DNA from: an uncultured delta proteobacterium
Lineage (GTDB): Bacteria; Desulfobacterota; Desulfarculia; JACQYL01; CAWGVV01
NCBI GenBank assembly: GCA_963826125.1
Contig: CAWGVV010000002.1
Span: 356,613 to 420,612, forward strand
DNA: 64,000 nt
Reading direction: 5' to 3'
In this document: positions 1-9,938 of the stretch, one piece after another
Numbering within the stretch: position 1 is the stretch's first letter
How the letters are laid out: every line of letters starts with the position of its first letter
Notes under the pieces: generated by a model
Database searches by the model: none
What the model saw: the letters and a program-made list of their open reading frames with translations, nothing else
Told to the model about the DNA's origin: nothing
Made by a program: the position numbers and the translations under genes

Positions 1-507
1 CGGCCGGCCAACTGACCAGTCCAATAGAAAGCGCCACGGTTACCAGCGAGGGAGAAAACATGGTCACTAAAACCATGGCGAACAGGAGCGGAGGCAAAAC
101 CTGAAAGAATTCGGTGACACGCATCAATATCCCATCCACCCAGCCACCGTAAAATCCGGCCGTGGCCCCCAAAACAACTCCGATCAGGACCGTACAGAAG
201 GCCGCCCCCGCGCCGACCAGAAGCGTGGCTTTTCCACCGCAGATAATCCCCGCGAGAATATCCCGGCCCAGATAATCGGTACCCAACAAAAATCCTTCCC
301 GGCCGGGAGGAGAAAGAGGGGCCGAGACCATGTCGAAAGGGTCGGTGGGATACAACAACGGGCCGACCGATGCGGTAAAAATAATGATCGCCAGCAGCCC
401 CAGGCCGAAAAGAGCGGCTTTGTTCCTGACGAACATCCGCCACATCTCTTTCAACGGATGTTCGATTTCAATTTGCACTGCCGTAGCCTTAGATTCGCTT
501 GGATCCA
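1..507 (-). CDS. ABC transporter permease, DppC/OppC-like (3' end truncated by window edge)
   Basis: Reverse-strand translation from the ATG at 507 reads MDPSESKATAVQIEIEHPLKEMWRMFVRNKAALFGLGLLAIIIF...GTDYLGRDILAGIICGGKATLLVG..., an N-terminal architecture typical of dipeptide/oligopeptide permease C subunits. It lies immediately downstream of the DppB-like gene on the same strand. Confidence 0.75.
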
Positions 508-519
508 TGAGATCTTTCT

Positions 520-1500
520 TTAGTTGGCCCCGGTATGAATACGGGGGTCGACCAATCGGTACAACAAGTCGGTCAAAAGGTTGGCAGCGATCACAATGAA
601 CGTGGAGAAAAAGAGAATTCCCAGGATGGTGGGGTAGTCGCGCCGCAAGATGGATTCAAAGGCAAGGCGCCCCAAGCCCGGCCAGTTGAAAACAGTCTCG
701 ACCAGCACGGCACCGGAAAACAAATAGCTTATCTGCAGTCCGGCCATGGTAATGATCGGCAGGACCGCATTTTTCAGGGCATGTTTGTAGACCACCCCAC
801 TTTGCCTGACCCCCTTGGCCCGGGCGGTCCGTATATAGTCCGCCCCCAGGACATCCAGCATGCTGCTTCTGGCGAGTCGGCTGTACTGGGCCAGGTAGAC
901 AATGCCCAAGGTCAGCATGGGCAGGACCAAATGGCGCATAATATCCAGGACCCGCTGAATGCCACCGGTGGCCCGGGCAATGTCGTACATGCCCGAAACG
1001 GGGAAAATGGGTATCACGGAGGCCAGCAGGATCAAAAGCATGATTCCGGTCCAAAAGATCGGTGCCGAGTAACCGACGAGGGAAAAAATCGTAATGAAGT
1101 GACTGAAAAGGCCATTGGGATTCTTCGATGCCAGGACTCCCAAAAAGGTCCCCAGAAAAAGAGCGAGGGTCTGGGCGGAGATAACCAGCAGAATCGTCGC
1201 GGGGACTCGATGCATGATCAATTCGGTTACCGGCCGGTTGAAATAAAATGAGTAGCCCAGATTACCGCGGGCCACTTCCTTGAGATAAACAGCCAGTTGC
1301 ACGGCCACCGGTTTGTCCAACCCATAAGTGGCGCGTATTTCCCGTAATACCTCTTGAGTGGCCCCCCCCATTACCCCGGCGATGACTTCGGCCGGATCTC
1401 CGGGGGCCAGATGAATGAGCAGAAAGTTGAGCACCAGCACGGCGACAAGAAGGACGCAGGCGTAGATGACCCGCTTGGCCAAAAGAGTAAAAAATTTCAT
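520..1500 (-). CDS. ABC transporter permease, DppB/OppB-like
   Basis: The 326-aa ORF has multiple predicted TM segments and the binding-protein-dependent transport (BPD) permease signature region (...GADYIRTARAKGV...), typical of Dpp/Opp inner-membrane subunits. Confidence 0.85.
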   Translation of the reverse strand: MKFFTLLAKRVIYACVLLVAVLVLNFLLIHLAPGDPAEVIAGVMGGATQEVLREIRATYGLDKPVAVQLAVYLKEVARGNLGYSFYFNRPVTELIMHRVPATILLVISAQTLALFLGTFLGVLASKNPNGLFSHFITIFSLVGYSAPIFWTGIMLLILLASVIPIFPVSGMYDIARATGGIQRVLDIMRHLVLPMLTLGIVYLAQYSRLARSSMLDVLGADYIRTARAKGVRQSGVVYKHALKNAVLPIITMAGLQISYLFSGAVLVETVFNWPGLGRLAFESILRRDYPTILGILFFSTFIVIAANLLTDLLYRLVDPRIHTGAN

Positions 1501-1588
1501 GGCGTAAGACCTTCTTCTTCGGCCCCCCGCCAGGAGAGCCCTTCAAAGCTCAACCTGACGGGGGGCGCCGAAAACGTTGCTTCGCTCG

Positions 1589-3169
1589 TTATTTTTCCCA
1601 ATGCATTTCATTTAAAGGCGACATCAGACCCCATATGGTCGTATTCACCTTGCGCAGTTTCTTGTCATAGGCAGTGTAGGCCGGGGTGATATCAACAAAA
1701 GCGATAGGCGCATCGTCAACGACAATCTTCTGAAACTCGGCGTATAAGGCCTTTCGTTTGGCCTGGTCGAGTTCCATACCGGCCTTTTCCAGAAGTTCGT
1801 CCACTTTTGGATTGGAGTATTGGGTGGTGTTCGAGAAGATAACGCCTTTCTTAATATTGCTGCTCAGATAGGTTCGATGGACCCCGATAACCGGATCGCC
1901 CCAGTTATAGACGGTATCCCAGGTCAACTGAAAATCCCAATTGGAAACGAGCTTGGCCCAGGAAGGAAAATCAGGGGATGACCGGATGACAACGTCGATT
2001 CCGATTTTCTTCAACTGAGGTTTCAGGTATTCGGCCAGGTTTTTCTGCTGTTCGAGGACGCCGGGAATATAGTCCACGGTTAAGGAAAATCGCATGCCGT
2101 CGCCTTTTTTGGGATACCCGGCCTCATCCAGCAAACTGTTCGCTTTGGCCAGGTTCAGATCATAGTGTTGGACATCGGCAGTATAAAAGGGACTGGCTGG
2201 ATCGATGGGACCGGTGGCCCGTTTGGAAAAGCCCAGAAGGAGGCTTTTCACGATGAAATCACGGTCGATGGCATAAGAAATCGCTTGACGGACCCGTTTG
2301 TCGTCCAGGGGCTTTTGTTTGACATTGAACTCCAGCCAGTTGATCGGACCTACGGCAGGAGCCGCAGTCTCCACCTTGATGAAGGGCAGCTTTTCATAGG
2401 GTTTGATCTCCTTTGCCTCGGTGACAAAAACGTCTATCTGGCCTTCATTGTTTTTCATGGCCGTAAGCCTGGTTACTGAATCGGGGATGATCTTTACGAT
2501 AAGCTTCTTTATGTGCGGCGCTCCCAGGAAAAATTTGTCGTAGGCCTCCAGGATGTAATATTCACCCGGCTTGTACTCCACGAATTTGAAAGGCCCGGAA
2601 CCTACCGGCGTCATGTTCATGGGATGGGTTTTTATATCCTGGCCGTCTCCGAAGACATGCTTGGGAATAATGGGACACAACGCCTGGGACATGGCCAGGA
2701 GAATGGCCGGATGGGGATGGGACAGATGGATCACCGCCGTGTGCGGATCCGGTGTATCGATCTTCTCCACTGGGGCGAACATCGTCTTGAAGGGATGATT
2801 ATTTTTTATCGTCATGATGGAGAAGGCCACGTCTTCGGAAGTAATGGGCTTTCCGTCATGAAATGTGGCGCCCTTCACCAGATTCAGGGTTACCGTCAAG
2901 CCATCCTCGGAAATCTTCCAGCTCTTGGCCAGGTAGGGATGGGGCTGCCATTTGTCATCGAACATGATGGGGCTGGCGAACAACTGAGCCGAAGGAAACA
3001 TGGTCGCGGCTCCGGATTGAACCGCACCGTTAAAATGCCGGGGGGCTTGATTGACGAGCGCCACTACCGTTGTCGGGTCTGGATCCGCAGCAAAAGCCAT
3101 TGTGGAAATGGACACGAAGGCAGTGATAATCATGACTCCCGCCAGGACCAATAATCCCAATTTTTTCAT
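1589..3169 (-). CDS. ABC transporter substrate-binding protein, family 5 (peptide/nickel type)
   Basis: The ORF has the length (~520 aa) and sequence character of a family-5 solute-binding protein, with a signal peptide (MKKLGLLVLAGVMIITAFVSISTMAFA). I placed the start at the internal Met at 3169, which is preceded by a GGGAGGTG ribosome-binding site. It is the first gene of an SBP-permease-permease operon. Confidence 0.8.
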   Translation of the reverse strand: MKKLGLLVLAGVMIITAFVSISTMAFAADPDPTTVVALVNQAPRHFNGAVQSGAATMFPSAQLFASPIMFDDKWQPHPYLAKSWKISEDGLTVTLNLVKGATFHDGKPITSEDVAFSIMTIKNNHPFKTMFAPVEKIDTPDPHTAVIHLSHPHPAILLAMSQALCPIIPKHVFGDGQDIKTHPMNMTPVGSGPFKFVEYKPGEYYILEAYDKFFLGAPHIKKLIVKIIPDSVTRLTAMKNNEGQIDVFVTEAKEIKPYEKLPFIKVETAAPAVGPINWLEFNVKQKPLDDKRVRQAISYAIDRDFIVKSLLLGFSKRATGPIDPASPFYTADVQHYDLNLAKANSLLDEAGYPKKGDGMRFSLTVDYIPGVLEQQKNLAEYLKPQLKKIGIDVVIRSSPDFPSWAKLVSNWDFQLTWDTVYNWGDPVIGVHRTYLSSNIKKGVIFSNTTQYSNPKVDELLEKAGMELDQAKRKALYAEFQKIVVDDAPIAFVDITPAYTAYDKKLRKVNTTIWGLMSPLNEMHWEK

Positions 3170-3251
3170 CTTCCGGCACCTCCCTTGGTCTTGAGTAATT
3201 GTTGTTTTAACGCTCATCACCTCGGACTGTTCGATAGAAGGGTGCAGACGG

Positions 3252-4862
3252 CTAGTGGATCAGGCCATAGACTTCCCGTCCCCCCATAACCGTGGCCAGC
3301 ACCCGGATATCCTTTATCTTTTCCGGAACACACGTGAGCGGATTATCCGACAGGACAATAAAATCCGCCAATTTGCCCTGTTCGATAGACCCTTTGAGAT
3401 GCTCCTCGAAACTGCACTTCGCCGCCGTAACCGTATAGGCCTTCAGGGCTTCCAAAACCGGAATCCGCTCCTCCGGGCCAAGGACTTTCCCTTGACGGGT
3501 CAGCCGATTCACCGCGGTGTGGATGGAAAAAATGGGGTCCAGCGGCGTTACCGGAAGGTCCGAGTGCAGCACGAACTCAAGGCCGGCGTTCAAGGAAGAA
3601 CCCAAGGGATCGATACGTCGCGCCCGCTGCGGGCCCAAAAAGGTGGATAGGTGACGGTCTCCCCAATAGTAGACGTGATTGACAAAATAGTTGGGAATCA
3701 CTCCCAGCGCCTTCATGCGCCTGATGTGATCGTTTGAAGCGGTCTGGCAGTGAATAATCATATGGCGGGAATCGCTACGCGGACATGATTTTTGTGCTTT
3801 CTCCATGGCCTGCAGAACGGACTCGATGGCCCGGTCTCCATTGGCGTGCACGGCCAATTGAAGGCCGGCGCGGTGATACGTGTCTACCAACCTGTCCAAA
3901 CCCTCTTGAGGAATAATAAGGTCGCCCCTGAACCCGGGTCGGTTATGGTAATCCTCCCCCAGGGCGGCGGTAAGGCCTTGAATGGAGCCGTCCTGAAAAA
4001 GCTTGACGCAGCCCAATTGCAAGGAATCGGAACCAAAACCTCTTCCCAGCCCCAATGCAATGAGCTTGTCGTAGTGGTCGTGCATTATGGTCAAATAAAC
4101 TCGTAAGTTCAGTTCCCCACCTTCATCCAGCTCGCGATAGGTCTGAAAAACTTCACGGGCATCCCCCGCATATCCTATGGCCGAGTCGTGGATACTGGTT
4201 ACCCCGCATTGATGGCAATACCGGACTGCTTCAGGGAATGCCCTTTTAAAATCAGAGAGGGTGGGGGTCGGAATATGTGAGGCGACCAGCTTCATGGCCG
4301 CCGGTTCAAGCAACAAGCCGGTGGGCGCGTCGCGCTCGTCCTTGTGGATTTTGCCGCCGGCGGGTTGGGGAGTTTCGGGTCCGATGCCGGCGATCTCGAG
4401 CGCTTTGGAATTGGCATAGGCAAGGTGGCCGGATATATGATGGACCAGGATCGGATGCTGTGAAGATACCTCGTCCAGGTCGGTCCGGGTCAGATGCCTT
4501 TTTTCGGCGATAAGGGTATCGTCATAACCCCATCCCTTTATCCATTCTCCAGGTTCGGCCTTTCCCACCTTTTCTCCGAGGTGGGCTTTCACATCCTCAA
4601 TCCTGTCATTGGCCTCCGGACGACAGTCTGCCGCCAGTAGAGTCATGGCGTACGAGGACAGGTGATTATGGGTCTCAATAAAACCTGGAGCAACGGTTTT
4701 CCCTTTCAGGTCGACGACTTCTGCCCCATCTTCAGCCCATCTGTTTATTTCGTCGCCGGAACCCACGGCCAGGAATCGGCCCTCGAAAACGACAAAGGCG
4801 GAGGCTTCCGGCATTGCCGGATTCATGGTCACTACTTTTCCATTCCGAAATACCTTCAGCAT
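3252..4862 (-). CDS. Metal-dependent amidohydrolase (amidohydrolase-3 / YtcJ-like)
   Basis: The 536-aa ORF carries an N-terminal HxH metal-binding motif (GFIETHNHL) and distal His/Asp motifs (VHANGD, HCQ, HSD) characteristic of the amidohydrolase superfamily. Confidence 0.75.
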   Translation of the reverse strand: MLKVFRNGKVVTMNPAMPEASAFVVFEGRFLAVGSGDEINRWAEDGAEVVDLKGKTVAPGFIETHNHLSSYAMTLLAADCRPEANDRIEDVKAHLGEKVGKAEPGEWIKGWGYDDTLIAEKRHLTRTDLDEVSSQHPILVHHISGHLAYANSKALEIAGIGPETPQPAGGKIHKDERDAPTGLLLEPAAMKLVASHIPTPTLSDFKRAFPEAVRYCHQCGVTSIHDSAIGYAGDAREVFQTYRELDEGGELNLRVYLTIMHDHYDKLIALGLGRGFGSDSLQLGCVKLFQDGSIQGLTAALGEDYHNRPGFRGDLIIPQEGLDRLVDTYHRAGLQLAVHANGDRAIESVLQAMEKAQKSCPRSDSRHMIIHCQTASNDHIRRMKALGVIPNYFVNHVYYWGDRHLSTFLGPQRARRIDPLGSSLNAGLEFVLHSDLPVTPLDPIFSIHTAVNRLTRQGKVLGPEERIPVLEALKAYTVTAAKCSFEEHLKGSIEQGKLADFIVLSDNPLTCVPEKIKDIRVLATVMGGREVYGLIH

Positions 4863-5231
4863 GGGTATCTTCTTTTGATTGATAGATGTGGATGGATTTT
4901 ATTGCGTCGAGTCTTTAGTCGTTTAGATGTCTAACCTCTAGTTGAACGTTTCTTGCTTGTCAAGGGAAAAGTCTTCCTGAAAAATTTGGCGGCTTTGGAG
5001 CGAGGGTCCGGGCCTGCGTCCGGAAAGAAGTACGAGGCGGATGAAAACAACCACTGACGGCCGAACCACCGCCCAAGCAAGGCCGATTCAGGACTTCTGC
5101 GTAAATTAAGTTCACCGCTAAAAAAAGGGGTAGGGGGGGTATTGCTCTCTTTTCAATAAATTTTCCTTCTCTGGTTGACTCATTCGGTTTGAATGACCGA
5201 TGGCAGCCGGAGGCTCCGTTTTCCTATTGAT

Positions 5232-6008
5232 TTATTCGGAAGATGATGATTTCCGGCGACCGAGGAATGCTTGGAAAGCCTCTCTTGCCTCGGGCGAGGT
5301 CAAGCACTTCCCGAACTCGATCGACTCTTCTTCTATGATCGGTTTCAAAATCTCCTCGCGTCCGCGTTTCATCAAAGCTTTGGTCAGGCATACCGAGGCG
5401 GACGGCTGGGCTGCGAGGTTACGTGCTGTTTCCCAGGCAATGGGAATCAGTTCCTTTTCAGCGCAAACGCGATTGATTAATCCGATCTCATAAGCCTTCT
5501 GCGCATCGAAAGGTTTGCCCAGTAGGAATATCTCAGCTGCACGCTGGTAACCTGCAAGTAAAGGCAGAAGAAAGCTGGAACCCATTTCCGGGCAGAGGCC
5601 GAGATTGACAAAAGGTAGATGAAAGACGGACTTCGTGTCGGCAAAGACCAGATCACAGTGGAGCAACATGGTTGCGCCGATCCCGATTGCCATTCCGGAT
5701 ACCGCGGCGACAATGGGTTTCTTGGCTTGGCTGACGGCCGGTACAAACGGATTCCTCAACCGTTCCTTGCCCTGGGAGATGTTTTTAAAATCGACGAGAT
5801 CGTTTCCGGCGCAAAAGCAATTTTCCGTCCCGGTCAGAAAAACTACCCGTATGCCAGGATCTTGATCGGCCTGAATGAAGGCATCGGCCAATGCCCGGTA
5901 CATCTCAAAGGTGAGGGCATTCTTCTTCTCAGGCCGGTTCATTTGAATACGCATGATGCCGTCCAATGAATCGACGATAATGTGCTTTATGGTTTCCTCG
6001 CCAGCCAT
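5232..6008 (-). CDS. Enoyl-CoA hydratase/isomerase (crotonase family)
   Basis: The sequence has the crotonase fold, including FCAGNDL and an oxyanion-hole region. I placed the start at the internal Met (MAGEET...), which is preceded by an AAGGAAGG ribosome-binding site. Confidence 0.8.
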   Translation of the reverse strand: MAGEETIKHIIVDSLDGIMRIQMNRPEKKNALTFEMYRALADAFIQADQDPGIRVVFLTGTENCFCAGNDLVDFKNISQGKERLRNPFVPAVSQAKKPIVAAVSGMAIGIGATMLLHCDLVFADTKSVFHLPFVNLGLCPEMGSSFLLPLLAGYQRAAEIFLLGKPFDAQKAYEIGLINRVCAEKELIPIAWETARNLAAQPSASVCLTKALMKRGREEILKPIIEEESIEFGKCLTSPEAREAFQAFLGRRKSSSSE

Positions 6009-6112
6009 AATGACGTTTCCTTCCTTTTTCGGCACTGATGTATGCTTCCTTGTTCTGCTCATTTTCTCATGTAAATTCCGTTACCACTGAGAGAAAAACC
6101 GCTACGATCATC

Positions 6113-7642
6113 TCACCCCGCCTTCCTCTCCAGACTCCGGTACTGGATCGCTTCGGCGATATGCGTCGGCGTGATCCGGTCGCCGGCGTCCAGGTCGGCG
6201 ATGGTGCGAGCGATTTTTAAAATACGGTGGTAGGCGCGGGCCGACAATCCCATGGATTCCATGGCCCGTTCCAGCAGGGTGAGGGACGTGTTGTCCAGTT
6301 TGCAGAAGCGGGTGATGTGGCGGTTTTTCATCTGGGCGTTACAGTAGATTCTGTCGTTGCCGAGGCGTTCGCGCTGCACGGCCCGTGCGCGTTCCACCCG
6401 TTCCTTGACCACGGCCGAAGACTCCCCAACCGTGTCGATGGAGAGGTCCCGGTAGTCCACGGCCGGCACTTCGATCTGGATGTCCATCCTGTCCAATAAA
6501 GGCCCGGAAATGCGGGAGCGGTACTGCGCCACCAAACGCGGACTGCACTGGCATTCGTGTTTGCGGTCTCCCAGGTACCCGCAGGGGCAGGGATTCATGG
6601 CGGCCACCAGCATGAACCGCGCGGGATAGGTGATGGACACCACGGCGCGTGAAATGGTCACATGCCCGTCTTCCAGGGGCTGGCGCAGGACCTCCAGCAC
6701 GTTTTTGCGGAATTCGGGAAGTTCGTCCAGAAACAGCACGCCGTTGTGGGCCATGCTCACTTCGCCCGGACGCGGCACCTGCCCGCCCCCGATAAGCCCC
6801 GCGTCGGAAATGGTGTGGTGGGGAGCGCGGAACGGGCGCACGGTGACGAGCCCACGGTCCTTGGGCATCATGCCCACCACGGAATAGATCTTGGAGGTTT
6901 CGAGGGATTCGTCGAAAGTGAGGTCCGGCAGGATGGTGGGCACCCGGCGGGAAAGCATGGTTTTGCCGGACCCCGGGGGGCCGACGAGAAGAACATTATG
7001 CCCGCCCGCGGCCGCCACTTCCAATGCGCGTTTGGCCAGTTCCTGGCCCTTCACTTCGCTGAAGTCCACCATGTCCCGGTCGCCGTCGGAAAACGTGCCG
7101 AAGGGATCGGCGGATACCGGTTCCAGCGGCGCGCTGCCGTTCAGGAACTGCACCGTTCGGCTGAGCGAATCCACGCCGTACACTTCGATCCCCGACACCA
7201 CGGCGGCTTCGGCCGCGTTTTCACGGGGCACGACGATCCCGCGCAGCTTGTTGTCTCGCGCGTGGATGGCCATGGAGAGCACGCCACGGACCGGCTTCAC
7301 TCGTGCGTCGAGGGAGAGTTCCCCCACGATGAGGTAACGGGTGAGCGGCTCCTTCTTCACCGCTCCCTCCGCGGCCAGAATGGCCAGGGCGATAGGCAGA
7401 TCGAAGGCCGCGCCTTCCTTACGCACGTCCGCCGGTGCCAGATTCACCGTGATGCGGTCGTCGGGATAGCTGTAGCCGGAATTCTTGATGGCCGCTTTCA
7501 CGCGGTCCTTGGATTCGCGCACGGCTCCTTCGGGCAACCCCACCGTGGCGAAATAGGGCAGCCCACCCGCGATGTCCAGTTCAACTTCCACCGTGTAGGC
7601 GTCCACGCCCAGCACCGCACTGCTTAATACCTTGGCCAGCAT
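6113..7642 (-). CDS. comM: YifB/ComM family Mg-chelatase-like AAA+ ATPase
   Basis: An N-terminal Lon-protease-like domain (MLAKVLSSAVLGVDAYTVEVE...) is followed by an AAA+ module with Walker A (GPPGSGKT) and an Mg-chelatase C-terminal domain. I placed the start at the internal Met matching canonical ComM N-termini. Confidence 0.85.
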   Translation of the reverse strand: MLAKVLSSAVLGVDAYTVEVELDIAGGLPYFATVGLPEGAVRESKDRVKAAIKNSGYSYPDDRITVNLAPADVRKEGAAFDLPIALAILAAEGAVKKEPLTRYLIVGELSLDARVKPVRGVLSMAIHARDNKLRGIVVPRENAAEAAVVSGIEVYGVDSLSRTVQFLNGSAPLEPVSADPFGTFSDGDRDMVDFSEVKGQELAKRALEVAAAGGHNVLLVGPPGSGKTMLSRRVPTILPDLTFDESLETSKIYSVVGMMPKDRGLVTVRPFRAPHHTISDAGLIGGGQVPRPGEVSMAHNGVLFLDELPEFRKNVLEVLRQPLEDGHVTISRAVVSITYPARFMLVAAMNPCPCGYLGDRKHECQCSPRLVAQYRSRISGPLLDRMDIQIEVPAVDYRDLSIDTVGESSAVVKERVERARAVQRERLGNDRIYCNAQMKNRHITRFCKLDNTSLTLLERAMESMGLSARAYHRILKIARTIADLDAGDRITPTHIAEAIQYRSLERKAG

Positions 7643-7881
7643 GAGATCGTCCGCTCCCGTGTTGCAGGGCTTCACATCCATCGTTTATAGCAGACCGCGC
7701 AAACCGGAAACAACTCTCAAATACGCCACCAAGATCCTTTTGGGACTGCCCTCCTCGAGTATTCCGCGAAGTATTCGTTTCGCTGGGTGATATGTACTTC
7801 GCCTAACTTGGCACACAGGTTTGCCTTTTCCGGTATTAGGTTTTAGACTAGTGTCAGACAGGTTTGAATGGAGGTTGTATT

Positions 7882-8121
7882 ATGCAAACAGTCGGAGCCT
7901 ACGAGGCAAAAACGCATCTCGCCCAACTCCTGGCGCGTGTAGCCAAAGGTGAAAAAATCACTATCACCAGACACGGCGTTCCTGTGGCGGTCCTGCAACC
8001 CGTCGATTCTTCTGAAAAGACGCCCGTGCGTGACGTCATCGATCAGATAAAGCAGTTCCGCAAGGGGCATCGACTTGAAGGGCTTTCCGTTCGTGAAATG
8101 ATCGAGGAAGGAAGGCGCTGA
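7882..8121 (+). CDS. vapB: Type II antitoxin, Phd/YefM family (VapB-like)
   Basis: The 79-aa product (MQTVGAYEAKTHLAQLLARVAKGEKITITRHGVPVAVLQPV...) is a classic Phd/YefM N-terminus. A GGAGG ribosome-binding site sits 8 nt upstream of the ATG at 7882. Its stop overlaps the start of the PIN gene in ATGA fashion. Confidence 0.8.
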   Translation: MQTVGAYEAKTHLAQLLARVAKGEKITITRHGVPVAVLQPVDSSEKTPVRDVIDQIKQFRKGHRLEGLSVREMIEEGRR

Positions 8122-8347
8122 TGTCTGACCGGTTCGTCGTAGACACGTCGGTGGTCATGGCTTGGTGCTTCGAAGACGAGCAGGACGGTTATGCGGAGGC
8201 TGTCATCGAGAGCCTCGAAAATCGGGAAGCCCTTGTCCCCCGCCATTTGTGGCAATGTCCTGATCATAGCGGGAAGAAGAAAGTCTCTCTGCCAGCTGAC
8301 AGGTCCATTTTCTTGCACTCTTGAACGGTTTCGCTCACCACGGTAGA
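8121..8347 (+). pseudogene. vapC: VapC (PIN-domain toxin), frameshifted and 3'-truncated
   Basis: The N-terminus MSDRFVVDTSVVMAWCFEDEQDGYAEAVIESLENREALVP matches PIN/VapC toxins, including the catalytic Asp in VDTS. After ...HLW the reading frame breaks near 8245. The +1 frame continues with VapC-like ...GNVLIIAGRRKSL... and then stops near 8347. Only about half of a ~135-aa PIN domain is present, and AT-rich foreign DNA begins right after it. Confidence 0.55.
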
Positions 8348-8504
8348 ACTGGAATTGTAGAGCGCCAATAGAACTGATTGACAGCTTTTCCTGACTACAT
8401 GTAGAATGCACAGATAAGCCGTAAGAGCACAAACCGTTTCCCTTCGTGATAATAAATCTCGTTCTCTTTAAGTTCGCGCATCATAAGTAGTGAGAATGTT
8501 CGAA

Positions 8505-9938
8505 CTACATTGCACTTCGGAATAAAGGTACCCAAGTAACAGTCCTATTTCTTCGATTCGGTCGACCAGAAACCTTTACAGGTCCTGCAGCCCAGAAAAG
8601 AGGGAGCGAAGCTTTCGGTACCGAGTGAGCAAATGCCAATGATAAACCGAGGCTTCGCATTCCTAACGCACACTCTCGCACCTTGGCATTTGGCCAATCG
8701 CCCCAACTTGCGGTATCTTTCTTCATTTTCAGGTAATTGTAGAAGAGTTGGTACCCGACTTTCTTACAGAACTGAACCGCCTTTTCCCGTTCTTTTTCAC
8801 ACGTACCCCATACTTTAGGGTTGGAGAATGCAGGTAACCTCATGTATTTTTCTGGACAAGCGATGACATCAGTTTCGCCTTCCCTACGCCAAAAATTCTT
8901 ACTAGCGAGAGATTTCTCCCCTTCGAAGGTGAGCACCCTTATTTCTTCGCCCGTATTAGAAACTTCTATGCAGTCTGAGAGACCTTGACTGTCCAAATAT
9001 TCCCGCAACACCGTGGCACCAAACTCAGAATGAACAGCAAATCTGAACTGGATGTTCTTGCCAAGAATGGAGGATGAATCACTAAGAGCGGGTATTTTTT
9101 GATTTCTTCCGGACGGGCACTTATTCAGAAGTGAGTTCAGAAGGCTTCGTGATTCAGTTGCAGAGAGGAGGCAGTCCTCAACGTAAAGAACATTTTGAGT
9201 ATTATTGTCTTCCAAACATGACCGAAGATCACTCAGAGTAGGCAACGGTTGCAACGGTTCGCTGGCTCTGAGTTCTGAGAGCTTCTTCTGAACCAAGTTC
9301 TGAATCACCCCACCGCTCTTGCCAAATTCATGAGAATTGAAGCAGATATACTGGAACCCGGAAATTTCATCTTTTTTGAGCGAAAGAGCTTCAGCAAGTC
9401 TTGGCTCTGTCCAAAAATCTAGCGACCTTAAAAGATTCTCACCAATCCACCTGTAATTGCCGAGATTTTCAAATTGCTGTATCCACTCCTTTAGGGAACC
9501 ATAAGAAATGTTACCATGGCTATATTTACTTAGAGTAGCCTCAATGCTACTAAGCCAATCTAATCTGAACTCTCCTAGAGCCTCCTTTATCCTTTCCTTC
9601 AAGAAAGCAAAATCGCTAGTACAATATTCCAATTGCCAGTTCTCGCCTCTACGCTCAGAATAAGGTATATCTTGCTGTCGGCACACAAAAATTCGAAAGT
9701 TAATGCCTTGATGTTTGGAAGTTAAGCCTTGCCTTATTGCTGTCTTGGAAAGGAGATTGTTATCACGAAGGAAATGGTTTGGAGTTTCAAGTAATATAAA
9801 GTGCTCGTCTTGATCCCATGCTGGCTTGGCATATTTATCTAGCAAATCTCGAAATTTTCGAGATTCCTTGAATGGTGTGATAATTAATATTCCCCCCCGA
9901 CGCATATTGGTATCTTCGTCAGCGACGCAGCAAAGCAT
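8505..9938 (-). CDS. Hypothetical protein (477-aa ORF), distal gene of the islet operon; no recognisable domain
   Basis: Long ORF in AT-rich DNA. Its start at 9938 overlaps the stop of the upstream ORF at 9919-9921 by 20 nt, suggesting translational coupling, although an alternative start MRRGG... lies at 9905. It has no Walker A motif and no obvious nuclease or NTase motifs. The C-terminal ~60 codons run into higher-GC DNA and may be read-through. Confidence 0.55.
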   Translation of the reverse strand: MLCCVADEDTNMRRGGILIITPFKESRKFRDLLDKYAKPAWDQDEHFILLETPNHFLRDNNLLSKTAIRQGLTSKHQGINFRIFVCRQQDIPYSERRGENWQLEYCTSDFAFLKERIKEALGEFRLDWLSSIEATLSKYSHGNISYGSLKEWIQQFENLGNYRWIGENLLRSLDFWTEPRLAEALSLKKDEISGFQYICFNSHEFGKSGGVIQNLVQKKLSELRASEPLQPLPTLSDLRSCLEDNNTQNVLYVEDCLLSATESRSLLNSLLNKCPSGRNQKIPALSDSSSILGKNIQFRFAVHSEFGATVLREYLDSQGLSDCIEVSNTGEEIRVLTFEGEKSLASKNFWRREGETDVIACPEKYMRLPAFSNPKVWGTCEKEREKAVQFCKKVGYQLFYNYLKMKKDTASWGDWPNAKVRECALGMRSLGLSLAFAHSVPKASLPLFWAAGPVKVSGRPNRRNRTVTWVPLFRSAM

